Assembly: GCF_042660085.1 (NCBI RefSeq)
Contig: NZ_JBHSTI010000008.1
Coordinates: forward strand, 1,329,876-1,361,875
Source of the DNA: Longivirga aurantiaca
GTDB taxonomy: Bacteria; Actinomycetota; Actinomycetes; S36-B12; CAIYMF01
Length of the DNA: 32,000 nt
Direction of reading: 5' to 3'
Part shown: piece after piece, positions 9,413 through 18,192 of the stretch
Layout: each line of letters begins with the position of its first letter
Numbering within the stretch: the stretch's first letter is position 1
Notes under the pieces: model-generated
What the model was told of the DNA's origin: nothing
The model's database searches: none
The model's input: the letters and a program-made list of their open reading frames with translations, nothing else
Made by a program: the position numbers and the translations under genes

Positions 9413-10261
9413 ATGACGACAACGAGAGGTGCGGCCCTCGTGACCGGCTGCTCCACCGGCATCGGCCGTGCGACGGCCCTCGCGCTCCACGAGGCGGGGC
9501 TGGCCGTCGTAGCGACCGCCCGGCGCGCGGAGACGCTCGCGGACCTCGCTGCCCTCGGCATCGAGACCCTCGCTCTCGACGTGACGTCGGAGGAGTCGAT
9601 GACCGAGGCGGTCCGTGCGGTGGAGGAGCGGCACGGGCACGTGTCGGTGCTCGTCAACAACGCCGGCTACGCCCTGCAGGGGCCGGTCGAGGAGACGGCG
9701 ATCGAGGCCGTTCGCGACCAGTTCGAGACCAACGTGGTCGGCCTCGTCCGGCTGACCCAGCTCGTGCTCCCCGGGATGCGCGCGGCGGGAGCCGGCAGGG
9801 TGGTGAACATCGGCTCGATGGGTGGCCGGTTCACCTTCCCGGGCGGTGGTTTCTACCACGCCAGCAAGCACGCGGTGGAGGCGGTGAGCGACGCGCTCCG
9901 CCTGGAGGTCGCACCGTTCGGCGTCACGGTCGTGCTCATCCAGCCCGGCCCGGTGCATTCGGCCTTCGTCGACGCAGCGATCGCCACGCTCGACACGGGA
10001 GCCGGCCCCTACGCCGAGTTCCGCGGCGAGCTGGCCGAGCGCTACCGCCAGGCGTACGACGGATCCGGCTCGAACCTCGAGATCACGCCCGAGACGGTGG
10101 CCGCCGTCGTGGTGAGGGCGGCGACGTCGAGCCGTCCGCGCGCACGCTATGCCGTGGGCCTGATGGCCAAGGCGCTCATCACCATGCGCCGCCTCCTGCC
10201 CGACGCCGCCTGGGACGGGATCATCCGGCGCGTGTGGCCGACGCCGCAGGCGCCGCGCTAG
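9413..10261 (+). CDS. SDR family oxidoreductase
   Basis: VTGCSTGIG nucleotide-binding motif, NNAG, YHASKHAVE catalytic motif; start ATG 9413 after GGAG. Confidence 0.93.
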   Translation: MTTTRGAALVTGCSTGIGRATALALHEAGLAVVATARRAETLADLAALGIETLALDVTSEESMTEAVRAVEERHGHVSVLVNNAGYALQGPVEETAIEAVRDQFETNVVGLVRLTQLVLPGMRAAGAGRVVNIGSMGGRFTFPGGGFYHASKHAVEAVSDALRLEVAPFGVTVVLIQPGPVHSAFVDAAIATLDTGAGPYAEFRGELAERYRQAYDGSGSNLEITPETVAAVVVRAATSSRPRARYAVGLMAKALITMRRLLPDAAWDGIIRRVWPTPQAPR

Positions 10262-10776
10262 TCGAGGCGCTTGAGCTCGGCGCGGTACCAGTGACCGTTC
10301 TGCACGTACTTCGCGACGGCGTGCCCGAACGCCCCCTCGGCGACGGCGTCCTCGCGGATCCTCACCGGCACCCCGAGCGCCATGGCACGCGAGGGGACCT
10401 CGGTGCCGTTGGGCACGAGCGCCGACGCCCCGATCAGCGCACCGCGGCGTACCACCACCCGGTGCAGCACCACCGAGCCGGAACCCACGAGGCAGTCGTC
10501 CTCGATCGTGCATCCTTCGAGGTGGGCGTTGTGCCCGACGACGCAGCGGTCGCCGATGATCGTCGGGTTGTCCTCCGTGCAGTGGACGACGGTCCCGTCC
10601 TGCACCGAGGTCCGGGCACCCACCACGATGCGCCCGTGGTCGCCGCGCAGGACCGCTGTCGGCCAGACGGTCGACTCGGGACCGATGGTGACGTCGCCGA
10701 TGACGACCGCGTCCGGGTGGACGAACGCGCTGGGGTCGATCGAGGGGATCCGGTCGCCGAGGGCGTAGACGGGCAC
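10258..10776 (-). CDS. gamma carbonic anhydrase family protein (left-handed beta-helix)
   Basis: Hexapeptide repeats, IGDVTIGPESTVWPTAVLRGD, VGHNAHLEGC; GTG start 10776 with CGGAGG upstream on the minus strand. Confidence 0.92.
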   Translation of the reverse strand: MPVYALGDRIPSIDPSAFVHPDAVVIGDVTIGPESTVWPTAVLRGDHGRIVVGARTSVQDGTVVHCTEDNPTIIGDRCVVGHNAHLEGCTIEDDCLVGSGSVVLHRVVVRRGALIGASALVPNGTEVPSRAMALGVPVRIREDAVAEGAFGHAVAKYVQNGHWYRAELKRLD

Positions 10777-10964
10777 AGGTACCTCCGGGGTGACGGGCGG
10801 GCGGGCGTGTGAGCCATCCCACCACCTCCGCGTACGGAGCCTCGCGCCGGCTGGGATGATTCCGCGCGTCAGCGCTGTTTGGGCCGCTGCAGCACCCCCG
10901 CTGCGTCCCGGAGGACGACGTCGGGCACGGCACGGACCGCACGCGTAGAGGACGAGACTGACTG

Positions 10965-11261
10965 ATGGCAACCGATTACGACGCACCCCGCAAGACCGAC
11001 GACGAGCTCGCCGAGGACTCCCTCGAGGAGCTGAAGGCGCAGCGCGCCACCAAGGCCGCCTCCAGCGTCGACGTGGACGAGGTCGAGCTCGCCGAGAACC
11101 TCGAGCTGCCCGGCGCGGACCTGTCGGACGAGTCGCTCACCGTCCGGGTGATCCCGCGGCAGGCGGACGAGTTCACCTGTGTGAAGTGCTTCCTGGTGCA
11201 CCACCGCAGCCAGCTGGCCAAGGAGACCGCCGACGGGCCCGTGTGCCGCGACTGCGCCTAG
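10965..11261 (+). CDS. DUF4193 domain-containing protein
   Basis: 98 aa; acidic with C-terminal CVKCFLVHHRSQLAKETADGPVCRDCA, matching the small DUF4193 family. Confidence 0.85.
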   Translation: MATDYDAPRKTDDELAEDSLEELKAQRATKAASSVDVDEVELAENLELPGADLSDESLTVRVIPRQADEFTCVKCFLVHHRSQLAKETADGPVCRDCA

Positions 11262-11298
11262 GCACGGCAGCACCACCCGGGACGTGCGAGGCTGAAGC

Positions 11299-12096
11299 AT
11301 GAGCGACCCGCAGCAGCCAGCGCCGGACGACGGTCGCGAGGTGGCCGACCTCGTCACCCGGCTCTCCGACTCCGACGCCACCCGCCGCGACCGCGCTGCC
11401 GTCCTCGGCCGGCTCTCCCAGGTGACCGCGGCCCGCGCGAAGGAGGCCGGCCTCAAGGCCGTGGGGAGCGGCAAGTACATGGCCGACCTCCTGCTCGAGG
11501 CCGCGCCGCACATCCCGGTCCGCGACCTCGAGACCCTCACCCAGCACCACAAGGGCCTGACGGGCGACGCCCTCGCCGATGCCCTCGTCCGCAACGCCCA
11601 GCGCGCGACCGCGGGGATCGGAGCGGCGGGCGGGGCGGTGGCGGCGGCGGAGTGGGCGGCGATGCCGGTGCTCGTGGCCGTCCCCCTCGAGGTGGTGGTC
11701 GAGACCCTCGCCGTGGCGGCGGTGGAGGTGAAGCTCACCGCTGAGCTGCACGCCGTCTACGGCATCCCCGTCGAGGGCACGGGCACCCAGCGGGCGATCG
11801 CGTTCACCGGCGCGTGGGCGAGCCGTCGCGGCCTCGACCCCATGCGGCCGTGGACGATCCCCAACGTCCTCGGCATCGCCGGTCGGCAGCAGCTCGCGAA
11901 GCGGATGCTCGGCAGGTTCGCGCGCAACCTCGGCACCGTGGTGCCGTTCCTCATCGGTGCGGTGGTCGGCGCCCGCGTGAACCACCGCGAGACCAAGCAT
12001 CTCGGCGACGTGCTGCGCGCGGACCTGAGCCGGGTCGCGGCCGAGCGCTCCGCCGCGGCGGCGGCACCGATGATCGAGCCGCCCACGTCCCGCTAG
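11299..12096 (+). CDS. conserved hypothetical protein with hydrophobic segments
   Basis: 265 aa, GC3-consistent coding frame, hydrophobic stretches (AAEWAAMPVLVAVPLEVVVETLAVAAVEV; VVPFLIGAVVGARVN). Confidence 0.75.
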   Translation: MSDPQQPAPDDGREVADLVTRLSDSDATRRDRAAVLGRLSQVTAARAKEAGLKAVGSGKYMADLLLEAAPHIPVRDLETLTQHHKGLTGDALADALVRNAQRATAGIGAAGGAVAAAEWAAMPVLVAVPLEVVVETLAVAAVEVKLTAELHAVYGIPVEGTGTQRAIAFTGAWASRRGLDPMRPWTIPNVLGIAGRQQLAKRMLGRFARNLGTVVPFLIGAVVGARVNHRETKHLGDVLRADLSRVAAERSAAAAAPMIEPPTSR

Positions 12097-12386
12097 GCGG
12101 AGATCGACCGGTGCTTCGGGGCGGTCATCCGGTCGATCGCCACGTTGACCATGGCGATCGCGACGGCGGTGGCGGCGGCGTACACGAGCACGCGGCCGAT
12201 GTTGACCTCGCGGTCCGCGGCCTTGGGCGGAGCGGCACCCGTGGTCTTCTGGTAGACGCCGTCGAGGGCCTTGCGCACCAGCCAGCCGGCACCGAGGGCG
12301 AGCACTGGTGCGGCGATCTTGAGCGCGGTCGACACCTCGACGAGGTCGTCGTCGTCCAGGGCGGGGAGCTCGAGGTCGTCGGACAT
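12093..12386 (-). CDS. DUF4235 domain-containing membrane protein
   Basis: 97 aa, MSDDLELPALDDDDLVEVSTALKIAAPVLALGAGWLVRKALDGVYQKTTG...; GGAGGG upstream of ATG 12386. Confidence 0.8.
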   Translation of the reverse strand: MSDDLELPALDDDDLVEVSTALKIAAPVLALGAGWLVRKALDGVYQKTTGAAPPKAADREVNIGRVLVYAAATAVAIAMVNVAIDRMTAPKHRSISA

Positions 12387-12418
12387 GGGTCCCTCCGGTG
12401 CAGGTGGTGCGGTCGGGG

Positions 12419-12925
12419 TCAGCCTGCCACGTCGCGCGCCGCATCGCGTGCGGCTGCGAGGACAGGCGCGAGCTCCCGGCCCCGTCTGGTCGAGACGAGC
12501 CAGTACGGGTGCGGGTCGTCGGGGTCGTCCACCTCGACGAGCACCGAGGCCGGGACCCACCCGCGCAGGCAGAGGTAGGCACGCTTGTCGCCCCGCGTGC
12601 CGCGGGCGTCGCGGGTGCGCGCGGCGTCGAAGACCGCGACGCGGCCGACGTGCCGGAGCGGGAGGCGGGCGCGTCCGGCGCGCAGGACGGCGTCGTCGAC
12701 GACGACCAGGGGCGCGGTGACGAGCAGCAGCGCAGCAAGCACGGCCTCGGCGACGACGAACGTGATGACGCCTGCGACCGCGCCGAGGCGGAACCCGTAG
12801 GCGACGCCCAGGGTGAGCATGAGCACGGTGCCGAGCAGCCACATCCACCACGGCGCGTGCAGCCGCTCCCGGTAGGCGACGACGCTGCCGTCGAGGCCCT
12901 CGGCGGTCGGCTGGGTGCTGGCCAT
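12419..12925 (-). CDS. DUF3093 domain-containing membrane protein
   Basis: Start ATG 12925 (MASTQPTAEGLDGSVVAYRERLHAPWWMWLLGTVLML...), YRERL..P..W motif and two hydrophobic segments. Confidence 0.85.
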   Translation of the reverse strand: MASTQPTAEGLDGSVVAYRERLHAPWWMWLLGTVLMLTLGVAYGFRLGAVAGVITFVVAEAVLAALLLVTAPLVVVDDAVLRAGRARLPLRHVGRVAVFDAARTRDARGTRGDKRAYLCLRGWVPASVLVEVDDPDDPHPYWLVSTRRGRELAPVLAAARDAARDVAG

Positions 12926-12977
12926 GACCCGAGCCTGCCACGGCTGGCGCGGGCGCCCGACGGGTAGGGTCGCCGAC

Positions 12978-13586
12978 GTGACGAGCGACGCCGCGATCCC
13001 CTCGCGCGGTGGGCTGCTGCCCACCACACCGCCCGCGGACGCCGTGCTGCCCGAGCGCAACCCGAACGCGCCGGCGCCCGGCCAGCCGATCCCGAGCCAC
13101 TACACCCGCTGCTTCGTCTGCGGCGACGACCACGACGCCGGCCTCCGGCTCGAGGTGATCGCGGGGGAGGGGCTCTCGCTCACCGGCTCCTTCACCGTGT
13201 CCGAGCACCACCAGGGCGCCCCCGGGCTCGCGCACGGCGGCCTCCTGACCGCCGCGTTCGACGACGCGCTGGGGTCGCTCAACTGGCTGCTGTCGGCGCC
13301 GGCCGTGACCGGGCGGCTCGAGACCGACTTCCGGCGTCCGGTGCCGGTCGGCTCGACCCTGCACATCCGCGCCGAGGTCGTCGGCGTCAAGGGCCGCAAG
13401 GTCTTCACCAAGGCGGTCGGCCGCCTCGGCTCTGCCGACGGCCCGGTGGCGCTGACCGCGGCGGCGCTGTTCATCCAGGTGCCGATCGAGCACTTCACGT
13501 CCAACGGGCGCCCCGAGGACGTCGCGAAGGCGCGCGAGGACCGTGCGGTACGACGTAGCGTCGAGAACCTCGAGGTGAACCCGTGA
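12978..13586 (+). CDS. PaaI/hotdog-fold thioesterase-like protein
   Basis: [36 protein letters not shown]; start GTG 12978. Confidence 0.8.
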   Translation: MTSDAAIPSRGGLLPTTPPADAVLPERNPNAPAPGQPIPSHYTRCFVCGDDHDAGLRLEVIAGEGLSLTGSFTVSEHHQGAPGLAHGGLLTAAFDDALGSLNWLLSAPAVTGRLETDFRRPVPVGSTLHIRAEVVGVKGRKVFTKAVGRLGSADGPVALTAAALFIQVPIEHFTSNGRPEDVAKAREDRAVRRSVENLEVNP

Positions 13587-14044
13587 CGACCGCGCCCCGG
13601 CCCCCGCATGCCGTCGACGTGCTGCTGCAGCGCCTCGACCCCGGCGTGCCCGCGCCCGCGTACGCCCACCCCGGCGACGCGGGCGTCGACCTCGTCACGA
13701 CCCTCGACGCGGAGGTCGCGCCGGGGGAGCGCGTCCTGCTGCCGACCGGGATCGCCATCGCGCTCCCGGACGGCTACGCAGCCTTCGTGCATCCGCGCTC
13801 GGGCCTGGCGGTGAAGTACGGCGTGTCCCTCGTCAACGCCCCCGGCACGGTCGACGCCGGGTACCGCGGTGAGATCAAGGTCTCGCTGGTGAACCTCGAC
13901 CCGCGGGAGCCGGTCGTGCTGCACCGCGGTGACCGCATCGCCCAGCTCGTCGTCCAGAGGGTGGAGCACGCGGTGTTCCACGAGGTCGAGAGGCTGCCGG
14001 GCTCGGACCGCGGCGAGGGTGGATTCGGCTCGTCCGGCCGCTAG
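13583..14044 (+). CDS. dut: dUTP diphosphatase
   Basis: [54 protein letters not shown]-terminal GGFGSSGR: the five dUTPase motifs. GTGA overlap with upstream gene. Confidence 0.97.
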   Translation: MTTAPRPPHAVDVLLQRLDPGVPAPAYAHPGDAGVDLVTTLDAEVAPGERVLLPTGIAIALPDGYAAFVHPRSGLAVKYGVSLVNAPGTVDAGYRGEIKVSLVNLDPREPVVLHRGDRIAQLVVQRVEHAVFHEVERLPGSDRGEGGFGSSGR

Positions 14045-14097
14045 CGTCACAATCGTCCGGGGCGCCCGCCCCGTCCATGCCAGCTGAAGGAGTCCCG

Positions 14098-14877
14098 GTG
14101 TTCCGTCGCCGCAAGGGTCAGGACACGCCGTCCGCCGACGAGGTGCTCGAGGACGGCCTCGACGCCGAGCTCGAGTCCGATGAGACCGACGAGGCCGACG
14201 AGCCGGCGGCCCCTGTCGTCGACCGCTCGGGCGGTCCGTTCGACACCTCCGAGGTGCCGGACGACGGGCTCACCCGCCTCGACCTCGGTGGCCTGCGCGT
14301 CGCCGGCGCCGAGGGCATGGAGATCCGGCTCGAGGTCGATGAGGCCACCCAGAACGTCATGGCCGTCACGATCGTGTCCGGCGACTCCGCGATGCAGCTG
14401 ACCGCCTTCGCGGCCCCGCGCACCGAGGGCATCTGGGACGACGTACGCCGCGACATCCGCAACAACCTCGCGGGCAACGGCACGGTGGACGAGGTCGACG
14501 GACCGCTCGGCCCCGAGCTGCGCGCGACGCTCTCGCTGCAGGGCCCCGACGGCAAGCAGGTCTCCCAGCCGGTCCGCTTCGTCGGGGTGGACGGGCCCCG
14601 ATGGTTCCTGCGCGGACTGTTCACCGGCCGCGGTGCGCGCGACGCCGCTGCTGCGGCGCCGCTCGAGGCGGTCCTCCGGGCGACCGTCGTGGTCCGCGGC
14701 GACGAGGCCATGGCCCCCGGCGACGCGCTCCCGCTGAACGTGCCGACCGCGCTGCCGGACGGCATGTCCCAGACCGGCGGAGCAGACGCGGAGGGCGACG
14801 AGGACGACGCCGCTCCCGACCGCCGCACCCCCCTGCCCCCGCCCGTGCGCGGCCCGGAGATCACCGAAATCCGCTAG
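14098..14877 (+). CDS. DUF3710 domain-containing protein
   Basis: VFRRRKGQDTPSADEVLEDGL... and WDDVRRDIRNNLAGNGTVDEVDGPLGPELRATL; GAAGGAG upstream of GTG 14098; adjacent to dut as in other actinobacteria. Confidence 0.85.
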   Translation: MFRRRKGQDTPSADEVLEDGLDAELESDETDEADEPAAPVVDRSGGPFDTSEVPDDGLTRLDLGGLRVAGAEGMEIRLEVDEATQNVMAVTIVSGDSAMQLTAFAAPRTEGIWDDVRRDIRNNLAGNGTVDEVDGPLGPELRATLSLQGPDGKQVSQPVRFVGVDGPRWFLRGLFTGRGARDAAAAAPLEAVLRATVVVRGDEAMAPGDALPLNVPTALPDGMSQTGGADAEGDEDDAAPDRRTPLPPPVRGPEITEIR

Positions 14878-15569
14878 CGGTCCAGCACCGCGCGCGCCGC
14901 CCGGCCGAGGGCGCCGCGGTCGGTGCCGGGTGCATCGCGCGGCACGACGACGAGCCGAGCCCGGGGGATCGCGTCCGCCCACGCCTCCGCGACGGCGGCC
15001 GGGTGGAGCGGGTCGTCCGCGAGCGCCACGACCACCGTGCGCGCCCGGATGCGCGCGAGCTCGTCGAGGGTGGGGGCTGCGCTCGCGGCGGCCGCGCGCA
15101 GCGACGCGGCAAGGGCCTGCGGATCGGCGTCCGACCACGACCGCACGAGCTCGTCTACGACCCAGTCGTGGCCGGCCACGGCCTGCAGCCGCGCCAGGAT
15201 CCCGCCGACGCCGTCGCGCTCGATCTCGTCGGCGCTCGCGGCGGTGAGGGCGGCGACGCCGTCGGGCTCACCGGTCCACGCCGGCATCGCCAGCACCAGG
15301 TCGGGTGCCATGCCCGGCTGCTCCGCGGCCCAGTGCGCCACGGCGTGGGCGCCCAGCGAGATGCCCCCCACCAGGTCGACGGTGCGGCCGGAGGCCTCGA
15401 CGCGGCCGACGGCGGACCGGATCGTGGCCACGACGTCCTCCAGCGTGCCGCGCGCGTACGGTGCCTCGTGGACCCAGCCGGGGGCCGCCGCACCGAGGAG
15501 GCGTCGCGCAGCATCGGGCGCGGACCCCGACCCGTGCACCAGCAGCGCGACGGGCGGAGTAGAGGGCAC
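14874..15569 (-). CDS. alpha/beta hydrolase family protein
   Basis: VALLVHGSGSAPD, GISLGAHAVAHWA nucleophile elbow, VVVALADDPLHP. Confidence 0.8.
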   Translation of the reverse strand: MPSTPPVALLVHGSGSAPDAARRLLGAAAPGWVHEAPYARGTLEDVVATIRSAVGRVEASGRTVDLVGGISLGAHAVAHWAAEQPGMAPDLVLAMPAWTGEPDGVAALTAASADEIERDGVGGILARLQAVAGHDWVVDELVRSWSDADPQALAASLRAAAASAAPTLDELARIRARTVVVALADDPLHPAAVAEAWADAIPRARLVVVPRDAPGTDRGALGRAARAVLDR

Positions 15570-15637
15570 GGGACGATCCTGGCACCGGTCGTGCAGCCTG
15601 CGCGGCAGGGCTGGGCGTCGCGGGTTAGCCTGGGCAG

Positions 15638-16009
15638 GTGAGCAGCAGCCGTCGCGGCCCCTTCGCTCGCCTGCTGCGCACGCAGGCCGAGGTCGATGCC
15701 GACCGCCTCGAGACCGAGGCCACCGCGCAGGGCGCGACCCTCGTCCGCGACTGCCAGGGCGGCTGCGTCAGCACCGTGTCCGGCCGGCTCCGCTCGGTCA
15801 CGCTCCGGCCGGTAGGCAAGGCACCCGCCGTCGAGGCCGAGCTCTGGGACGGCACCGGACGCCTCACCCTGCTGTTCCTCGGCCGACGCCGGATCCCGGG
15901 GATCACGCCCGGACGCCACGTCGTGGTGCACGGCCGCGCGATCGTCCGCGACGGCGACCGCACGATGGTCAACCCGCGGTACGAGCTCGTGCCGTCGTCG
16001 GCGGAGTGA
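15638..16009 (+). CDS. OB-fold nucleic acid-binding domain protein (Rv2694c-like)
   Basis: VSGRLRSVTLRPVGKAPAVEAELWDGTGRLTLLFLGRRRIPGITPGRHVVVHGRAIVRDG. Confidence 0.85.
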   Translation: MSSSRRGPFARLLRTQAEVDADRLETEATAQGATLVRDCQGGCVSTVSGRLRSVTLRPVGKAPAVEAELWDGTGRLTLLFLGRRRIPGITPGRHVVVHGRAIVRDGDRTMVNPRYELVPSSAE

Positions 16010-16010
16010 C

Positions 16011-16751
16011 GTGAGCACCTCCGACGACGCGTCCGCCGCACCGGACGCCGACCACCACGCGCTGGCCGAGGCACTGCACCTCGAGGGCGGCACCGGCAGG
16101 CCGGGCGACGCCACCACCGAGCAGCTCATGGCCAACGCGATCGGCGGCTGGCGCGGGCTGATCGACGGCTCGCTGCCGTCGCTCGTCTTCCTCGTGGTCT
16201 TCCTCGTCACCGGCCAGCAGCTGATGCCTGCGGTGTGGGGGGCCGTGGTAGCCGGGGCCCTCATCGCGGTGCTGCGCCTCGTGCGCCGCCAGTCGCTGCA
16301 GCAGGTGCTGTCGGGCTTCATCGGCGTCGCCTTCTGCGCCTGGTTCGCCAGCCGCACCGGCAACGCCGAGGACTTCTACCTGCCGGGCCTCCTCATCAAC
16401 GTCGCCTACGGCACTGCGCTCGCGATCTCCTGCCTGGTCGGCCACCCCCTGCTGGGGTACGCCGTCGGCGCGGCAACCGGTGACGTCACCGGCTGGCGCC
16501 GCGTCCCCGAGCAGCGCCGCGCGTATGCGCTCGCCACCTGGTTCTTCGTGGCGGTGTTCGCGGGTCGGCTGCTCGTGCAGGTGCCGCTCTACCTCGCCGG
16601 CGCGGTGGGCGCGCTGGGCACGGCCAAGCTGTTCATGGGCTGGCCGCTGTTCGCCCTGGCGGCGTACCTCTCGTTCCGCGTCATCACCCGCGCACGCCGC
16701 GAGGCCCCCGTCCCCGAGCTCGAGCCCGAGGTCGAGCCCGCCTCGGACTGA
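16011..16751 (+). CDS. DUF3159 domain-containing membrane protein
   Basis: GWRGLIDGSLPSLVFLVVFLVTGQQLMPAVW... multi-helix protein; neighbour of OB-fold gene and TrkA pair as in Rv2693c region. Confidence 0.85.
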   Translation: MSTSDDASAAPDADHHALAEALHLEGGTGRPGDATTEQLMANAIGGWRGLIDGSLPSLVFLVVFLVTGQQLMPAVWGAVVAGALIAVLRLVRRQSLQQVLSGFIGVAFCAWFASRTGNAEDFYLPGLLINVAYGTALAISCLVGHPLLGYAVGAATGDVTGWRRVPEQRRAYALATWFFVAVFAGRLLVQVPLYLAGAVGALGTAKLFMGWPLFALAAYLSFRVITRARREAPVPELEPEVEPASD

Positions 16752-16753
16752 CG

Positions 16754-16788
16754 AATCCGTCGCCTCCCGGCTCGGGAGACGACGGATT
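16754..16788. terminator. hairpin between convergent genes, candidate bidirectional terminator
   Basis: AATCCGTCG-C-CTCCCG-GCT-CGGGAG-A-CGACGGATT: 9 + 6 bp stem interrupted by one C/A mismatch, 3-nt loop. Confidence 0.7.
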
Positions 16789-16808
16789 GATCAGGGTGAG
16801 CGGGTGGG

Positions 16809-17465
16809 TCAGTCGCCCAGCAGGTCTTCGAGCGCGGACTCCTGCTCGTCCGAGGCGACGAAGAGGAGCTCGTCGCCGGCTTCGAGGGAGTCGTCCGGGG
16901 ACGGCGCGATCACGCGAGAGTCGCGGATGATCGCCACGAGCGCGGTGTCGACGGGCCAGGTGACGTCGCCGACCCGCGAGCCCACCACGCCAGCCGACGC
17001 CGGCAGCGTCATCTCGACGAGGTTGGCGTCGCCCTGGCGGAACGTGAACAGCCGCACGAGGTCGCCGACGGTCACCGCCTCCTCGACGAGCGCGGAGAGC
17101 ATGCGGGGGGTCGAGACCGCGACGTCGACGCCCCACGCCTCGTCGAACATCCACTCGTTCTTGGGGTGGTTCACGCGCGCCACGACGCGCGGCACGCCGT
17201 ACTCGGTCTTGGCCAGCAGCGACACGACGAGATTGACCTTGTCGTCGCCGGTCGCGGCGATGAGCACCTGGCACGCGGGGAGGTCGGCCTCGTCGAGGAC
17301 CGCGATCTCGCAGGTGTCGCCGAGCAGCACCTCGGCTCCGGCCACGACGCCTTCGCGGCCCTTGTCGGGGTCGCGGTCGATGAGCAGCACCTGGTGGTAG
17401 TTGCTGAGCAGCTCGCGGGCGATGGCGCGGCCCACCTTGCCGGCTCCGGCGATGGCGACCCTCAT
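16809..17465 (-). CDS. TrkA/RCK-family potassium uptake regulatory protein (CeoC-like)
   Basis: MRVAIAGAGKVGRAIARELLSNYHQVLLIDRD Rossmann start, TrkA-C-like C-terminus. Confidence 0.92.
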   Translation of the reverse strand: MRVAIAGAGKVGRAIARELLSNYHQVLLIDRDPDKGREGVVAGAEVLLGDTCEIAVLDEADLPACQVLIAATGDDKVNLVVSLLAKTEYGVPRVVARVNHPKNEWMFDEAWGVDVAVSTPRMLSALVEEAVTVGDLVRLFTFRQGDANLVEMTLPASAGVVGSRVGDVTWPVDTALVAIIRDSRVIAPSPDDSLEAGDELLFVASDEQESALEDLLGD

Positions 17466-18127
17466 GCCGATCCCTCCGGCCCAGCGGCGAACACGGACTG
17501 CACCTCGGCGCGCCGTGACGGGTCGAGCAGCACGTGCAGGAGGTCGTCGGCCTGCACGACCGTCTCGGTGTCCGGGATCAGTCCCTCGCCGAAGCGGGTG
17601 ATGAAGCCGATGCGGGTGCGCGACTCGCGCTCGAGCCGGGTGATGCGGTGGCCGATCCAGCCCTCGCCGGCGCGCACCTGGGTGAGCGCCACCTTGCCGG
17701 AGCCGTCGCGCCACTCGTCGTCGACGGCCTCGGGGAGGATCCGGCGCAGGATCTGGTCGGTCTGCCACGCGACGCTCGCGACGGTGGGGATGCCGAGGCG
17801 CTGGTAGACCTCGGCGCGGCGGGGGTCGTAGATGCGGGCGACGACGTTCTCGACGCCGAAGGTCTCGCGTGCGACGCGCGCGGCGAGGATGTTGGAGTTG
17901 TCGCCGCTGCTGACGGCCGCGAACGCGTGGGCACGCTCGATCCCGGCCTCGACGAGCCGGTCGCGGTCGAACCCGATCCCGGTGATCGTCGTCCCGGTGA
18001 AGCTGGGGTGCAGCTTGCGGAAGCTCGAGGTCTCCTGGTCGATCACGGCGACCGAGTGACCGGCGTCGTTGAGGGTGTGGGCCAGCGCGGACCCCACGCG
18101 GCCGCACCCCATGATCACTACGTGCAC
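17462..18127 (-). CDS. TrkA/RCK-family potassium uptake regulatory protein (CeoB-like)
   Basis: MHVVIMGCGRVGSALAHTLNDAGHSVAVIDQE; ATGA overlap with the downstream TrkA gene. Confidence 0.92.
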   Translation of the reverse strand: MHVVIMGCGRVGSALAHTLNDAGHSVAVIDQETSSFRKLHPSFTGTTITGIGFDRDRLVEAGIERAHAFAAVSSGDNSNILAARVARETFGVENVVARIYDPRRAEVYQRLGIPTVASVAWQTDQILRRILPEAVDDEWRDGSGKVALTQVRAGEGWIGHRITRLERESRTRIGFITRFGEGLIPDTETVVQADDLLHVLLDPSRRAEVQSVFAAGPEGSA

Positions 18128-18192
18128 GTTCGCAGACGCTACACGCCGGACCTCCGCCGCCGTGGGCCGGACGGCGCGTAGGGTGTGCCGAC

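Noticed and set aside
12093-13493. 466-aa minus-strand ORF as a single protein
   Set aside because: Only the C-terminal 97 codons (12093-12386) look real as DUF4235; the N-terminal part overlaps DUF3093 and the thioesterase in non-coding-like frames.
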